From Porphyromonadaceae bacterium UBA2751 (GTDB lineage: Bacteria; Bacteroidota; Bacteroidia; Bacteroidales; Muribaculaceae), in NCBI GenBank assembly GCA_002353285.1, contig DEJJ01000011.1:2240-66239 (forward strand): 64,000 nucleotides of DNA. Direction: 5' to 3'. Shown here piece by piece: positions 46,900 to 57,304 of the stretch (its first letter is position 1; every line of letters begins with the position of its first letter). The notes under the pieces were generated by a model. That model did not search any database. It saw nothing but the letters and a program-made list of their open reading frames with translations, and was not told where the DNA came from. Both the position numbers and the translations under genes were made by a program.

Positions 46900-48311
46900 A
46901 CACCCTTTCCTGTTACAACAATCTTTAATGTATAAGCCAAAATCTTGACATCGTTGAGCAGCGACATGTTCTCGATGTAGAGCAAGTCGTAGTCGAGACG
47001 CTCAAGCATCTCGTCAACATTCTTAGCGTAGCCGAATTTCACCTGCCCCATCGACGTGATGCCTGGACGCACCTGATGCACAAGCAGATAGGCAGGTTTG
47101 CGAGCCACAATCTGGTCGATATAGTACTGCCGTTCAGGCCGTGGTCCCACCAGCGACATGTCGCCCTTGAGCACATTCCAGAACTGAGGGAGCTCGTCGA
47201 TGCGATACTTGCGCAAGAAGCGTCCCACACGAGTGATGCGTGGGTCGTCGTCGCTCGATAGCTGCGGCCGATTTCCCTTCTCGGCATCGACCACCATAGA
47301 GCGGAACTTGTAGATTTTGAACTTCTTATTGTGATAGCCCACACGCTCCTGAGCATAGAGGATGGGCCCCTTAGAATCGACCTTGATGAAGATTGACACA
47401 ATCAAGTAGACCGGCAGCAACAGCACCAGCATGATAGCCGACACCACAATGTCGATGACGCGCTTGATGTTCTTGCCACCCTCGCTCATGGTGTTGCCAC
47501 TGACATCGACCAGCGGGTCGCCATAGAGGTTGCTGAATCGCGCACGGGACATGAAGGCGTTGTTCTTGTCGTGGGTCATCTTGATGGGCAGGTTCAGGGA
47601 GTAGAGACGGTCGATGACGGCGAGCATCTGCTCGGTGCTCTGCTTAGTGGGCACCACAATCACCTCCTTGACATCATGCTTAGCACACACCTTGCCAATA
47701 TTGTCGAGATTGTAAACTGGCAGGACGATGTCCTTGACGCGGTTTTCGCCAGGCAAGTCGACGAATCCCACCACGTTATATCCCAGCGTTTTAGTAGCCT
47801 TGATGAGTCGTTGATAGAATGCGAAACTTGCAGCCCCGCTGCCCACGATAAGAGCGTTGAATTGCAGTTTTCCGGTCCTAATCTTGTGAGTGCATGCGTT
47901 TGTGATGAAAAGCCGCACAAAATAGACCACCACAAAAAGCAGCCCCATGAGCAGAAAAATAATCTCGATGTTCTCGACCTGGCTCTCGGCCATGTCGTTG
48001 AGCAGGGCAAAAGTAACAATCATGAAGGTGTTGATCACAGCACTCAACAGCGTGATGATGAACTCCTGCAATCGAGACTTGCGATAAGGCACATTGTAGT
48101 AGCCCGACAGATAATAAATGAACATCATGAACAGCGGGAACACCATCTGCCCCAGCACCACATTGTGCGATGTGAGGAATGCCAAGAGCGACAAGTGCCC
48201 CTTAACCATGCCAATGCTATATCGCAGCAGGTTGAAAAGGAACCACGCCACATTGGACGACACAAAGTCGCCAAGCACATATTTTAATCGTTGTCGCTGT
48301 TCGCCTGTCAT
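46896..48311 (-). CDS. Polyprenyl-phosphate glycosylphosphotransferase (sugar transferase)
   Basis: N-terminal TMs, KFRSM, DDPRITRVG.FLRKYRIDELPQFWNVLKGDMSLVGPRP. Confidence 0.93.
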   Translation of the reverse strand: MTGEQRQRLKYVLGDFVSSNVAWFLFNLLRYSIGMVKGHLSLLAFLTSHNVVLGQMVFPLFMMFIYYLSGYYNVPYRKSRLQEFIITLLSAVINTFMIVTFALLNDMAESQVENIEIIFLLMGLLFVVVYFVRLFITNACTHKIRTGKLQFNALIVGSGAASFAFYQRLIKATKTLGYNVVGFVDLPGENRVKDIVLPVYNLDNIGKVCAKHDVKEVIVVPTKQSTEQMLAVIDRLYSLNLPIKMTHDKNNAFMSRARFSNLYGDPLVDVSGNTMSEGGKNIKRVIDIVVSAIMLVLLLPVYLIVSIFIKVDSKGPILYAQERVGYHNKKFKIYKFRSMVVDAEKGNRPQLSSDDDPRITRVGRFLRKYRIDELPQFWNVLKGDMSLVGPRPERQYYIDQIVARKPAYLLVHQVRPGITSMGQVKFGYAKNVDEMLERLDYDLLYIENMSLLNDVKILAYTLKIVVTGKGV

Positions 48312-48390
48312 GTAATGGTTTAAAAAATAATGGTTTTATGGATTATGGGAGATAGCGGCAATCACAAATGCACTACACCCATAATTATTG

Positions 48391-48957
48391 TCATCTAATT
48401 ATCTTGAACGTGCCATCGCCACGCAGCAGGATGATGTTGGAGGCAGCATGAGGCTTGTCGTCGTCCTGACGGTAATGCACGACAAAGTCCACACCGCGTT
48501 TAATATCGTCGCTGATGTCGCGAAAGCACAGCGGGCTATCGGTTCCACTGACGTTGGCCGAGGTGGAGACAATAGGTTTTCCAAACTCGGCACACAAGCG
48601 TTGGGCAAAAGCATCGTGCGGAACTCGAATGCCCAACGAGTCGTTCTCGCCCAGCAAGTTGGTTGCGACATTGAACGCCCCCTCATAGATTATAGTGAGA
48701 GGTCGCACTGCCACATCAAGCAGTTCACGTGCCATTTCTGGCACATCCACCACATAGTGGTCGAGATGGTCGACGTGGTCGAGCAGGACGATGAGCGCTT
48801 TGTTGTCGGCCCTCTGCTTCAGGTCATAAACCTTGCGCACAGCTTGCTCATTAGTGGCGTCGCAACCAATGCCCCAAATAGTGTCGGTTGGGTAAAGAAT
48901 CAGCCCTCCCATATTAAGGACATCAATGCATGATTTTATGTCTTGTTCAATAGTCAT
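48391..48957 (-). CDS. tsaC: L-threonylcarbamoyladenylate synthase (likely start MTIEQ at 48957)
   Basis: YPTDTIWGIGCDA, LGIRVP, STSANVSG. Confidence 0.93.
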   Translation of the reverse strand: MTIEQDIKSCIDVLNMGGLILYPTDTIWGIGCDATNEQAVRKVYDLKQRADNKALIVLLDHVDHLDHYVVDVPEMARELLDVAVRPLTIIYEGAFNVATNLLGENDSLGIRVPHDAFAQRLCAEFGKPIVSTSANVSGTDSPLCFRDISDDIKRGVDFVVHYRQDDDKPHAASNIILLRGDGTFKIIR

Positions 48958-49146
48958 CAGTTTAGCTTCATTACTCCAAAACGAATAACAAAGGTAAGAC
49001 AAACTTGGCGATAAAAAAAACAAAAACGTTTTTTTCGACCATAAATTTTGATAAAAATGTTAAAAACCACATTTTCGGTAGCAATGGCGTTAATATTTTC
49101 ATTAAGTTTGCAGTCAAATAACAAAAACCAAAATTAAAGATAAGAA

Positions 49147-49605
49147 ATGAAACAGACAAGTTTTACCGTTATCAGCATTCTTGTGGCCCTTGCGGCAGCA
49201 TTTTTCTCGTTCACCATCAATGCTAAGACCACCAAGGGCGGTTCCCCTCAAGTGATCATGACAGGCGAGATTGCCAAGAAAGTGATAGGTTACCAGGGTC
49301 CAACACCCGTGAGCATAAGCATCAGCAACGGGCGCATCGCAAGCATCACAGCCCTTGACAACCAGGAGACTCCATCCTATTTTGCCAAGGCAAAGAACAA
49401 AGTTTTTGGCCAGTTCATTGGCAAAAGCGTTGACGAGGCACTCAAGCTCGACGCCGATGTAGCCACAGGTGCCACCTACTCGAGTGAGGCACTTATCAAG
49501 AACATCAAGATGGGATTGAAGCAGGCCAAGGGCACAAGCACCAAGAAAGCTAAAACCACTAAAGGCAAAGCAAAAGGCAAAGGCAAAAAACGCATGACAC
49601 GCTAA
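49147..49605 (+). CDS. Secreted FMN-binding domain protein with Lys-rich tail
   Basis: GYQGPTPV, NQETPSY, DVATGATYSS (flavinylation-type motif). Confidence 0.88.
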   Translation: MKQTSFTVISILVALAAAFFSFTINAKTTKGGSPQVIMTGEIAKKVIGYQGPTPVSISISNGRIASITALDNQETPSYFAKAKNKVFGQFIGKSVDEALKLDADVATGATYSSEALIKNIKMGLKQAKGTSTKKAKTTKGKAKGKGKKRMTR

Positions 49606-49631
49606 GAGCCATTGCCAATCCAACCCAAACT

Positions 49632-49673
49632 AATGAGCAAGATTCACATCCCTGCGTGCGAATCTTGCTCATT
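49632..49673. terminator. Bidirectional terminator
   Basis: AATGAGCAAGATTC/GAATCTTGCTCATT perfect 14-bp stem between convergent genes. Confidence 0.8.
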
Positions 49674-49740
49674 TTATACACATTCCAGTAGTTGCTGCGC
49701 CGATTGGCTAACCCCCAATAGGCCTAATGACCAATTTGGG

Positions 49741-49887
49741 TTAAATGCAATGAAAAGCCAAATAACCAATAATCGTAATGAAAAACATAATGCCCACGAT
49801 GTTGAAAGCAGTGTTAATGCGTGGGCTAACGCCAGCGAAGTCGCTATCGCTGAGTGCACAGGGATTGATTGAGTCGATATCGTTCAT
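49741..49887 (-). CDS. Small 48-aa membrane protein (not in the ORF track)
   Basis: MNDIDSINPCALSDSDFAGVSPRINTAFNIVGIMFFITIIGYLAFHCI; -7 box TACCTTTG at 49935-49942 and downstream terminator. Confidence 0.6.
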   Translation of the reverse strand: MNDIDSINPCALSDSDFAGVSPRINTAFNIVGIMFFITIIGYLAFHCI

Positions 49888-50000
49888 AACAGTGATTATA
49901 TTAAATAATTTACATCGTGTTAATGTTCACGATGCAAAGGTAATGCCCTGGTTGGGCAAAAAGCAGGCACAGCTAAACTAAAGAACACTAAATACAGAAA

Positions 50001-50030
50001 AAGTGCCTGGAGCAATTGCCCCAGGCACTT
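50001..50030 (-). terminator. Terminator after the 821-aa surface protein gene
   Basis: AAGTGCCTGG/CCAGGCACTT stem plus T-run. Confidence 0.75.
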
Positions 50031-50057
50031 GATGTGAAAGTTGTGTATCTCTCTCTT

Positions 50058-52523
50058 TTATTTCACAACCTTAATGATGCTCTTAGAACCGTCGTTCATC
50101 TCGCGAACCACGATGTTAACACCCTGGAATGGGGTTGCGCTCTCAACGCCAGCAGCGTTGTAGAAGCGAACAGCCTTCACGTTCTCCATGTTGATGGTGT
50201 CGATGCCAGTCTTAACCTCGAAGGTTACTGTGATGGCAACATCCTCGGCAGGCATAGTGTAGGTCTGAGTCATCTCGGTGCTGCCCTCGGCGCGTGGTGC
50301 ACTGAACTCGCCCTCATAGGGCTCCTCGCTTGGAGTGATAACGATTTCACCAGCCTTAACCTCGATGCCAGTTACTACATAACCCTGCTTAGCAGTAGCG
50401 GTAACGGTGAACTTCTGGCCCTCGGCAACCTTTGTTACCAGGCTCTCAACTGGAGTGCCATCCTCGAGAACAACGGCAACTGTACCGTTTTCCTGCTCGG
50501 CGGTGTAGCTGATAAAGCTCTCAACCACGGGCTCTTGGTGCTCAACGAAGCTGATTGGGTGCAGCTGTGGAGCATTGCTGTAGATAGTAGATACGCCATA
50601 AACGTCGTAGGCCTTGCCATCGGTGGGATAGTCAACACCAAAGCGGTTGTAAGTTGCAAGAGTTTCCTCGCCAACGACGAGAGTAGTGCCATCGAGAGTA
50701 GCGTTCTTAACTACTACATAGATGTTCTGGTTGGCCTCATAGTCGGCGATAGCGATTTCCTTAGCAACGAGCTCGGCAGTCTCGGTAGCGGCTTGCATGC
50801 CACTCATGTTGGTCATCTCGATGGTTCCGTTATAGTTAGCCTTCTTAGCGCTAAAGCCAGCGGGGATAACATCGCCAAACTTATAGGTTTGACCAGCATT
50901 GCCAAAGATGAGCACGCCACCAGTCTCGTCCTGAGCATAGAGGCGCTGACCTGCTTGGCCACTAACAACGAGGTTGCCAGTGAAGACAAACTCGGTGCCG
51001 TCCTCGAGAGCGAGGTACTCGGCAGCAGTAGCCACGGTGAGAGTCTTTACGAACTCTTTAGAAACAATTGGAGAGCAATCCTCGGCCTCGTTGAAGGCGA
51101 TAGCCTTAACGGTAGTGGTCTCGGTGATTTCGAATGGAGCGGTGTACTCGGTAGAGTTGATAGTTGGGTCGGTACCATCGGTGGTGTAACGAACGGTAGC
51201 GCCCTCTTCCTCGCAAGTGATAGTTACTGTGGTAGAGCCAATGAATGGAGTCTCGCCAGTGATAACTGGAGCGGCTACCTCAGTTGCCTGAGCAACGAAC
51301 TCGAGAGGAAGGAACTGTGGATTGTTGTAGAAACCTACAATTCCGTACACATCATAAGTGTTGTTATCTTCGGGGATAGTTACGTTAAATGGGCTATTAT
51401 AATAAGCCACGTTCTGATCACCTACAACTAATTTGTTACCATCAATGGTAGCGCCCTTAATTACTGCATACTTGAACGCATTATCAAGTGTTACCTGAGC
51501 TGGAGTCATCTCCTCGGCAGCAATCTCAGCAGTAGTGCTAGCTGCAGCAAAATCGGTTGGGTTTGCTAACTCAGGAGCGCCCTTATAGGTAGTCTTCTTT
51601 CCACCAAAACCAGCGGGAATCACGTCACCCTTAGTGTAAGTTTGATTTACAGTGCCATAAATCAAGACACCACCGGTTGCATCTTGTGCATAAAGATAGT
51701 TATTTTTTTGACCACTTACAACCAAATTTCCGGTAAATGTGAACACGGTGTTATCGGCAAGTGCGTTAAACTCGGCTACTGTAGCCACGGTAACAGCCTG
51801 GGGCTTGATAGTGTAAGCAGCAGTTGCAACTGCGCTCTCGTTCTCGCTGGCATCAACAGCGATGGCCTTGATGGTCATTGCCTCGTTAACAACGATAGGC
51901 TCCTCGTAGATCACACCCACTTCGTTGGCATAAGAAGGAGTGGTGCCATCGGTGGTGTAGATGATCATGTCAGCATCGGGAGCGCTGATTGTAACAGTGG
52001 TGCCAGCCTCAACCTCACCTGCAGCAGGGCTAAAGGTGGGAGGAGTAACGGTCTGGACGGGTGAACCACCCTCTGTATAAGTCACACTAATTGCGCTAAC
52101 AAACACCTTACCTTTATTACCAGTAGATTGGCTAACAACAAAAGATGCACTCGCACCAGTTGCTGTTACTGATGTTCCACTTTCCACTGTTTCTCCATCA
52201 AATAACAGAACACCATTGTCTTTAACCGAATAGGTAACTGTCACCGACTTAAGAGTAGCACCAGAAGCAACCACATTAAGCTCTGCACTCTCATTGGCAT
52301 AAAGGCGCCAGTTGTGCCCATTTGTGTAATACTTTCCAGTATTAGCACCACCAGTTACTGACACAGTAATAATGTCATCCATTGCAAAAGAAGTGTATTG
52401 CGTGGCATCTGCCCAGTCATTAGCTGTTGCAACATCTTCAATTGTTTTTTCAACAGTTACTTCGGCTGCCCATGCTCCTAGTGCGAGCATGGCCATCATC
52501 ACGAGAGATAAAAACTTTCTCAT
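50058..52523 (-). CDS. Secreted multidomain protein with FN3-associated/chitobiase-C repeats, a duplicated OB-like module and a probable T9SS C-terminal domain
   Basis: Signal peptide; two YTTDG..TIKAIA modules; two FTGNLVVSGQ..LYAQD.TGGVLI modules; ends TGIDTI..RFYNAAGVESATPFQGVNIVV..KVVK. Confidence 0.85.
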   Translation of the reverse strand: MRKFLSLVMMAMLALGAWAAEVTVEKTIEDVATANDWADATQYTSFAMDDIITVSVTGGANTGKYYTNGHNWRLYANESAELNVVASGATLKSVTVTYSVKDNGVLLFDGETVESGTSVTATGASASFVVSQSTGNKGKVFVSAISVTYTEGGSPVQTVTPPTFSPAAGEVEAGTTVTISAPDADMIIYTTDGTTPSYANEVGVIYEEPIVVNEAMTIKAIAVDASENESAVATAAYTIKPQAVTVATVAEFNALADNTVFTFTGNLVVSGQKNNYLYAQDATGGVLIYGTVNQTYTKGDVIPAGFGGKKTTYKGAPELANPTDFAAASTTAEIAAEEMTPAQVTLDNAFKYAVIKGATIDGNKLVVGDQNVAYYNSPFNVTIPEDNNTYDVYGIVGFYNNPQFLPLEFVAQATEVAAPVITGETPFIGSTTVTITCEEEGATVRYTTDGTDPTINSTEYTAPFEITETTTVKAIAFNEAEDCSPIVSKEFVKTLTVATAAEYLALEDGTEFVFTGNLVVSGQAGQRLYAQDETGGVLIFGNAGQTYKFGDVIPAGFSAKKANYNGTIEMTNMSGMQAATETAELVAKEIAIADYEANQNIYVVVKNATLDGTTLVVGEETLATYNRFGVDYPTDGKAYDVYGVSTIYSNAPQLHPISFVEHQEPVVESFISYTAEQENGTVAVVLEDGTPVESLVTKVAEGQKFTVTATAKQGYVVTGIEVKAGEIVITPSEEPYEGEFSAPRAEGSTEMTQTYTMPAEDVAITVTFEVKTGIDTINMENVKAVRFYNAAGVESATPFQGVNIVVREMNDGSKSIIKVVK

Positions 52524-52691
52524 AAAAAATGAATTAAGTTTAAGAAGTTAATTAATTTGTTGTTTAAACAAAAAAGGTGTGTTTCAGACAGTTAAGCTAA
52601 AACACTCCTTTTCTTGCTGCAAAGGTAGTGATTTTTTCAATACGATGTCTCTTGTGAGCAGTTTTTTAAGATATGTTATAAAACAGGTCGG

Positions 52692-53537
52692 TTATCGGTT
52701 CTTGACCACTGCCACATATATAATAAGGATGATGTTCATCATCAGTGCGTAGATGATGGCAGGGATGGCGATGAGGTCGTTGTTGAACACAAGCGGACTG
52801 CTTGCGATGGCGATGGCCTGAGCGGCATTCTGCATGCCAATCTCGATGACGATGGTGCGACGCTCGCGAGTGTTGAGGCGCATGAGCCATGCCATGAGCA
52901 CCCCAGCCGCCATTGCCAGCAAAATCAGCACAGTGATTGAAAGGCCCAGCTGGCCAAACTTGTTGATTATCGCCTCTCTATTTTGGATAAAGAAGACAGT
53001 GGCAAGGAAGATGAGTGCCGGGAAAGCAATCTTGGAGAGCACTTTGTGAATTTTGTTGGCCACCCAATAGGAACGCTTGCGCACGGCAATGCCCACAGCA
53101 ATGGGCAGGAACATTAGCACAATGTTCTGCATCACGAGTTTGCCCACTGGTAAGTGCACGTTGACCTGGCTTCCAGCGCTGGCCGTCACCCAGTCCATGA
53201 TGAGCGGCACGGTGAATAGCGTGATAATGCTGCTGCATGCGGTGAGCGACACCGAGAGTGCCACATCGCCCCGAGCAAGCATTGAAAACACATTTGACGA
53301 ACTGCCGCCAGGGCAACACGCAATAAGCACAAAGCCAATGAGGAAGATAGGGTCGAGATGAAACATTCGCCCAATCATCCAAGCCAGTGCCGGCAACACA
53401 ATTATCTGCCCTATCAAGCCCGCTACCACAGGCTTGGGTCGATATTTGAAGAACTTAAAGTCTTCAAGCTCAAGATTCAAACCCAGCTCGAACATCAAGA
53501 GCGTTAAGATGGGCAATACTATCCAAATGGTGTTCAT
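52692..53537 (-). CDS. Bile acid:sodium symporter family protein
   Basis: ACCPGGSSSNVFSMLARGDVALSVSLT, EIGMQN. Confidence 0.93.
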   Translation of the reverse strand: MNTIWIVLPILTLLMFELGLNLELEDFKFFKYRPKPVVAGLIGQIIVLPALAWMIGRMFHLDPIFLIGFVLIACCPGGSSSNVFSMLARGDVALSVSLTACSSIITLFTVPLIMDWVTASAGSQVNVHLPVGKLVMQNIVLMFLPIAVGIAVRKRSYWVANKIHKVLSKIAFPALIFLATVFFIQNREAIINKFGQLGLSITVLILLAMAAGVLMAWLMRLNTRERRTIVIEIGMQNAAQAIAIASSPLVFNNDLIAIPAIIYALMMNIILIIYVAVVKNR

Positions 53538-53587
53538 TGTCGTCGTGTTAAATAGGAGATGTAGGAATTATGTGGATTGTGTCGTGG

Positions 53588-54766
53588 TTAGAAGGCGATT
53601 TGGAGCTGGGTGATCCAGGCCTTGGTGTCGGGACCAGTGTTGCGGTCGCTGACCACATACTGAGTGCTGAGGCGGCACTTCTTGTAGAACCAGTACTGCA
53701 AGCCAATGAGATAGTTGTTGGTGCTGGTCCAAGCGGGCGAAGCTTCGCGTGCAGCCTTGTCGAGCGCTGTGTTCTTGTTGAGGTGGTCATAGTCGAGCAC
53801 GAGGTCAAGCCCTCGAAACAGTCGGCACCAAAATTCGGCGTAAAAAGCACGATTGCCCACAGGGCCGTTCTTGCCCCACATATACTCTGTGCGCAGCTTG
53901 AGTGGTCGCCAGTTGAACTCGGCACCCACTGCCCAGCGGTTGCGGGTGTAGTCCTTGCCTTGCTCCACTGCGGCAAACTGGTCGACATCGCGGGCGTTGC
54001 CTTTGCCCAGAATCATCGATGCCGAGAGCGTGAGCTCCCTGATGGGCAGCACGTTGAGCATTGCCGCCACATCCTTGTGCCGGTTGTTGTCGCGAGTGTT
54101 GATGCCAGCACCGTTAAAGAGGCCCAGGCTGTAGTTCAGGTAGCGATGCCCATCGCTTGCAGGGATGGCGTCGCCAGTAATCATCAATCCCAGGTCGCGG
54201 CCAGCATAGTTGCCATAGAGCGGATCGCCAGCAATGCCTGCCATGTAGCGCGTGCCCTCGTTCAGGTTAATGTTGCCGAGCAAGGTTGGCGAGATGATAT
54301 TCTCCATGGTGTAAGGCGTCTTGAACTGACCCACCCTGAGCTTGAGCTCGGGCAGGAAGGCATACTGGGCGTAGTATTCATGCAGGATTTTAGAAGCCTG
54401 AGTAGTGCCCACATCAAGCATGAGGAAGAAACTGAGCTTACGGGTGAGCTCGGCATTAGCCATGAGGATGATGCGTGCTATGCTGAATGAATTATCGGTT
54501 GTGCTGCCGGTTTTAGTCATGTCGTACTTGCCCTGTGCATAACCAAAGAGAGTGAGCTTGCTGGGCCCGATGTGAATGTTGAGTGGCTGCACCGGTTGTT
54601 CCCCGTCGTGCGGCTTGGTGGCCATGATGGCGCTGTCGGTTGTGTTGAGTGTTGAGACACTCACCGCTATTTTTTTCTCGCTCGGTGCATTCTCATTCCC
54701 GCTTGCCATTGCAACCAACGGCACCATTGCGAGGGCAATCATCACAAGTTTTCTAATAGAATTCAT
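53588..54766 (-). CDS. Outer-membrane porin (OprO/OprP-like)
   Basis: Signal peptide, RVGQFKTPY, GRDLG, GLFNGAG, terminal QLQIAF. Confidence 0.8.
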   Translation of the reverse strand: MNSIRKLVMIALAMVPLVAMASGNENAPSEKKIAVSVSTLNTTDSAIMATKPHDGEQPVQPLNIHIGPSKLTLFGYAQGKYDMTKTGSTTDNSFSIARIILMANAELTRKLSFFLMLDVGTTQASKILHEYYAQYAFLPELKLRVGQFKTPYTMENIISPTLLGNINLNEGTRYMAGIAGDPLYGNYAGRDLGLMITGDAIPASDGHRYLNYSLGLFNGAGINTRDNNRHKDVAAMLNVLPIRELTLSASMILGKGNARDVDQFAAVEQGKDYTRNRWAVGAEFNWRPLKLRTEYMWGKNGPVGNRAFYAEFWCRLFRGLDLVLDYDHLNKNTALDKAAREASPAWTSTNNYLIGLQYWFYKKCRLSTQYVVSDRNTGPDTKAWITQLQIAF

Positions 54767-54893
54767 AATAATTTTTGTGGTTTATTTTGCGGTGCAAAGG
54801 TAACACATTTTTGTGCCAATAACAAACAAGTGGAATCTTATTACAAGAGCCCACTTATAAACATTTCAGCAACAAGAAAGTCCTTATTACTAC

Positions 54894-55979
54894 TTATTTC
54901 GATAAATCTTTCTCAAACAGCTTGTCAACCGCCGCCTTAACGTCGGGGGCCAACACAGGGATGTTGTGAGCCTTCTCAAAACTGCGCAACTCATTGATGT
55001 CCATGTCCACCTTGTTTTCCTTGCGCAACTGCTTGTACTCTTTCTTGTCGATATAGTTATAGTCGGTGGCATAAGCCTGAAGCAGAATCATGTAACGAGT
55101 GCTGCTGTGACTATGCTCAGCCGAAATCTGCCACTGGCGCATGAGAAAGTCGTCGTTGCGTGAGCGCCCATCCTCGTCGATGCGATACACCTCGTAAAAA
55201 GTCTCTTCTCTGGCTTTTATTTTCTCTTCTTTAACCTTCTTTCCCTTGGCCTTGGCCTCGGCATTCTTGCGATTAGCAAGGAATCTCCTGGCGTTGAACG
55301 ACGTGGTGCGAGTGCGAGCCACAGTGTCGGTGTCGATATATCCCAGCGTGCACACGCTGTCACGCACCATTATTCGCCCCGATGGCTCGGTACTGAGAGT
55401 GAGCTGCCCACGCTCGACTAAGTCGAGAATCTTTTGATAGGTGGATTTATCATGAATCTGCCCCAACTTGTCGATGCGACCTCCAACGAGAGTGCTAATC
55501 AAGAAACGCAGAAGCCCCGACTCTCCTTTTGACAGGCTGCGAGTCTTGCTCGACGTCTTGTGGTTGGCAAACTCATAAGTGTTGTCAATCACACCGCCAC
55601 GATAGTACAATGGCCCGTCGTCATCAAGATAAATCATGCGGAAATAAGTCTGAACATAGGCAAGTTCCTTAGGCTTCACCTCCACATCGGGCAACACATA
55701 TTCAACATCCTCCATCACAATGCGGCCCTCGGCAATATCGGCAAGAGGCACTGCGATATCCTTAAAGGCCAAGTGCGACAAGTTAAGCACCCGAGCACCC
55801 TTGGCATCAGCCAGCCACCCGTCATTGTCGGTCGTGCCAATAAACACACCTTTCTCATTGGTCACACACACGCAGGCAATAGGTAGCCCATCGCTATCCA
55901 CCACCTGAATGCGCTGAGCATTCACCCAAAATGCTGGCAGAAACAGCAAAAGACCAAAAAACAATATTTTTCTAAACAT
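54894..55979 (-). CDS. Secreted hypothetical protein with an N-terminal carboxypeptidase-regulatory-like domain
   Basis: Signal peptide; VVDSDGLPI..GTTDNDG..SHLAF..LPDVEV. Confidence 0.7.
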   Translation of the reverse strand: MFRKILFFGLLLFLPAFWVNAQRIQVVDSDGLPIACVCVTNEKGVFIGTTDNDGWLADAKGARVLNLSHLAFKDIAVPLADIAEGRIVMEDVEYVLPDVEVKPKELAYVQTYFRMIYLDDDGPLYYRGGVIDNTYEFANHKTSSKTRSLSKGESGLLRFLISTLVGGRIDKLGQIHDKSTYQKILDLVERGQLTLSTEPSGRIMVRDSVCTLGYIDTDTVARTRTTSFNARRFLANRKNAEAKAKGKKVKEEKIKAREETFYEVYRIDEDGRSRNDDFLMRQWQISAEHSHSSTRYMILLQAYATDYNYIDKKEYKQLRKENKVDMDINELRSFEKAHNIPVLAPDVKAAVDKLFEKDLSK

Positions 55980-56039
55980 AATCTCGTTATATCTATATTT
56001 CTAATAAAAATTCGTTACCATTATTGAATTGCTTTTAAT

Positions 56040-57098
56040 TTACAGCACTGCAAAATTAATAACGTCAATATCATTGTATTTTGCAATCACCCTGTCATTC
56101 ATCCATATCAATATATCAATCTCAACCTCAGTCTCACCATTGGCTAATTTCTTATCATAACATTCAAAAGTGAGCATATACAAGTCATCGCCATAGGTGA
56201 TCAACTCCTCGGCAAACGAAAACCTAATCTTCTCCTGTCGAGGCGTCAGCACATGACGAGGCTCGCCATCCACCCATAGCACAGCATGCATGTTGCCGTC
56301 GTCACCATCCTCATAGCCACAAGCATACACATGACCATTCAGCCGAGCCACCGAACTCACATGGCCAAGCGGAATATCAACCTCAGGAGTGGGAGGGTTG
56401 AATGTGCGAGGGAGCACCTGCAACTGCTGGTCAATCCAGATGCAAGGCTCAAAACCCACATGACCACCCACGATAGTGTGCACCGTGTCGTAGGCATAGA
56501 TTGCAGTAGCATGGCCACTCACATCATCGCTCGGCTTCGGCAGGATAGCCTTAGCATATCGCCCCTTATGCTCATAGTAGAGCACAGCATCGTTTGGCCG
56601 GTTATCGTCGCCATGATATTCCATTCCGGTGAGATAGCACTTACCATTGCTCACAGCAAGACACCTGCCCGCGGGGTTGAAATCCTCACAATCGTCAAGA
56701 GGGAAAATACCGCTGTTCTTCAAGATGTAAGGATAATCAAACAGATAAATGTAATAGTCCCACTTCGCAATACCCTGCGTCTCGTGATTCACACTATCAA
56801 TAAAATCAATGTGCAGCGTGTTCCACTTCCCATTCTTCCAGTAACCAACCTTACCCTTCGTGCTTTTTCCTGACACAAAGTAGTCATCACCGTCACTGAT
56901 GATCTCACTCGCGTATTCACAGTTGGGAAGCTCCATGATCCTATCGCCCATCAGGTCATAAATGTGACCTTCGGATGTGAGCACATATACTTGGCGCTCA
57001 CCCCTGCGCTTCACCACATTAGGGTCGTCATGCTCACACGAAGCGAGAAAGAAAAACACACCTATTATCAGCAGAATTTGAATCTTTAGAGTTCGCAT
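56040..57098 (-). CDS. Hypothetical lipoprotein with beta-propeller-like repeats (likely start MRTLK at 57098)
   Basis: Lipobox LASC; repeats YFVSG..YWKNG, VYACG..LWVDG. Confidence 0.7.
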   Translation of the reverse strand: MRTLKIQILLIIGVFFFLASCEHDDPNVVKRRGERQVYVLTSEGHIYDLMGDRIMELPNCEYASEIISDGDDYFVSGKSTKGKVGYWKNGKWNTLHIDFIDSVNHETQGIAKWDYYIYLFDYPYILKNSGIFPLDDCEDFNPAGRCLAVSNGKCYLTGMEYHGDDNRPNDAVLYYEHKGRYAKAILPKPSDDVSGHATAIYAYDTVHTIVGGHVGFEPCIWIDQQLQVLPRTFNPPTPEVDIPLGHVSSVARLNGHVYACGYEDGDDGNMHAVLWVDGEPRHVLTPRQEKIRFSFAEELITYGDDLYMLTFECYDKKLANGETEVEIDILIWMNDRVIAKYNDIDVINFAVL

Positions 57099-57304
57099 AT
57101 CATCTTTTTTTTGCAAAATTAAAAAAAAATCTCAATAGAGACATTATTCACACCAAAAAACTTATCCCACAGCACCTTTAAAACTCAACCGCTTTTTCTA
57201 AGCCAACCCAAAACACACATCTGACACCACAACAAAAAAACAGGGAACCCTCCACAAGTTCCCCGTCTTAATTATCAATCACAAATTTTTCTTAACGAAA
57301 AAAG

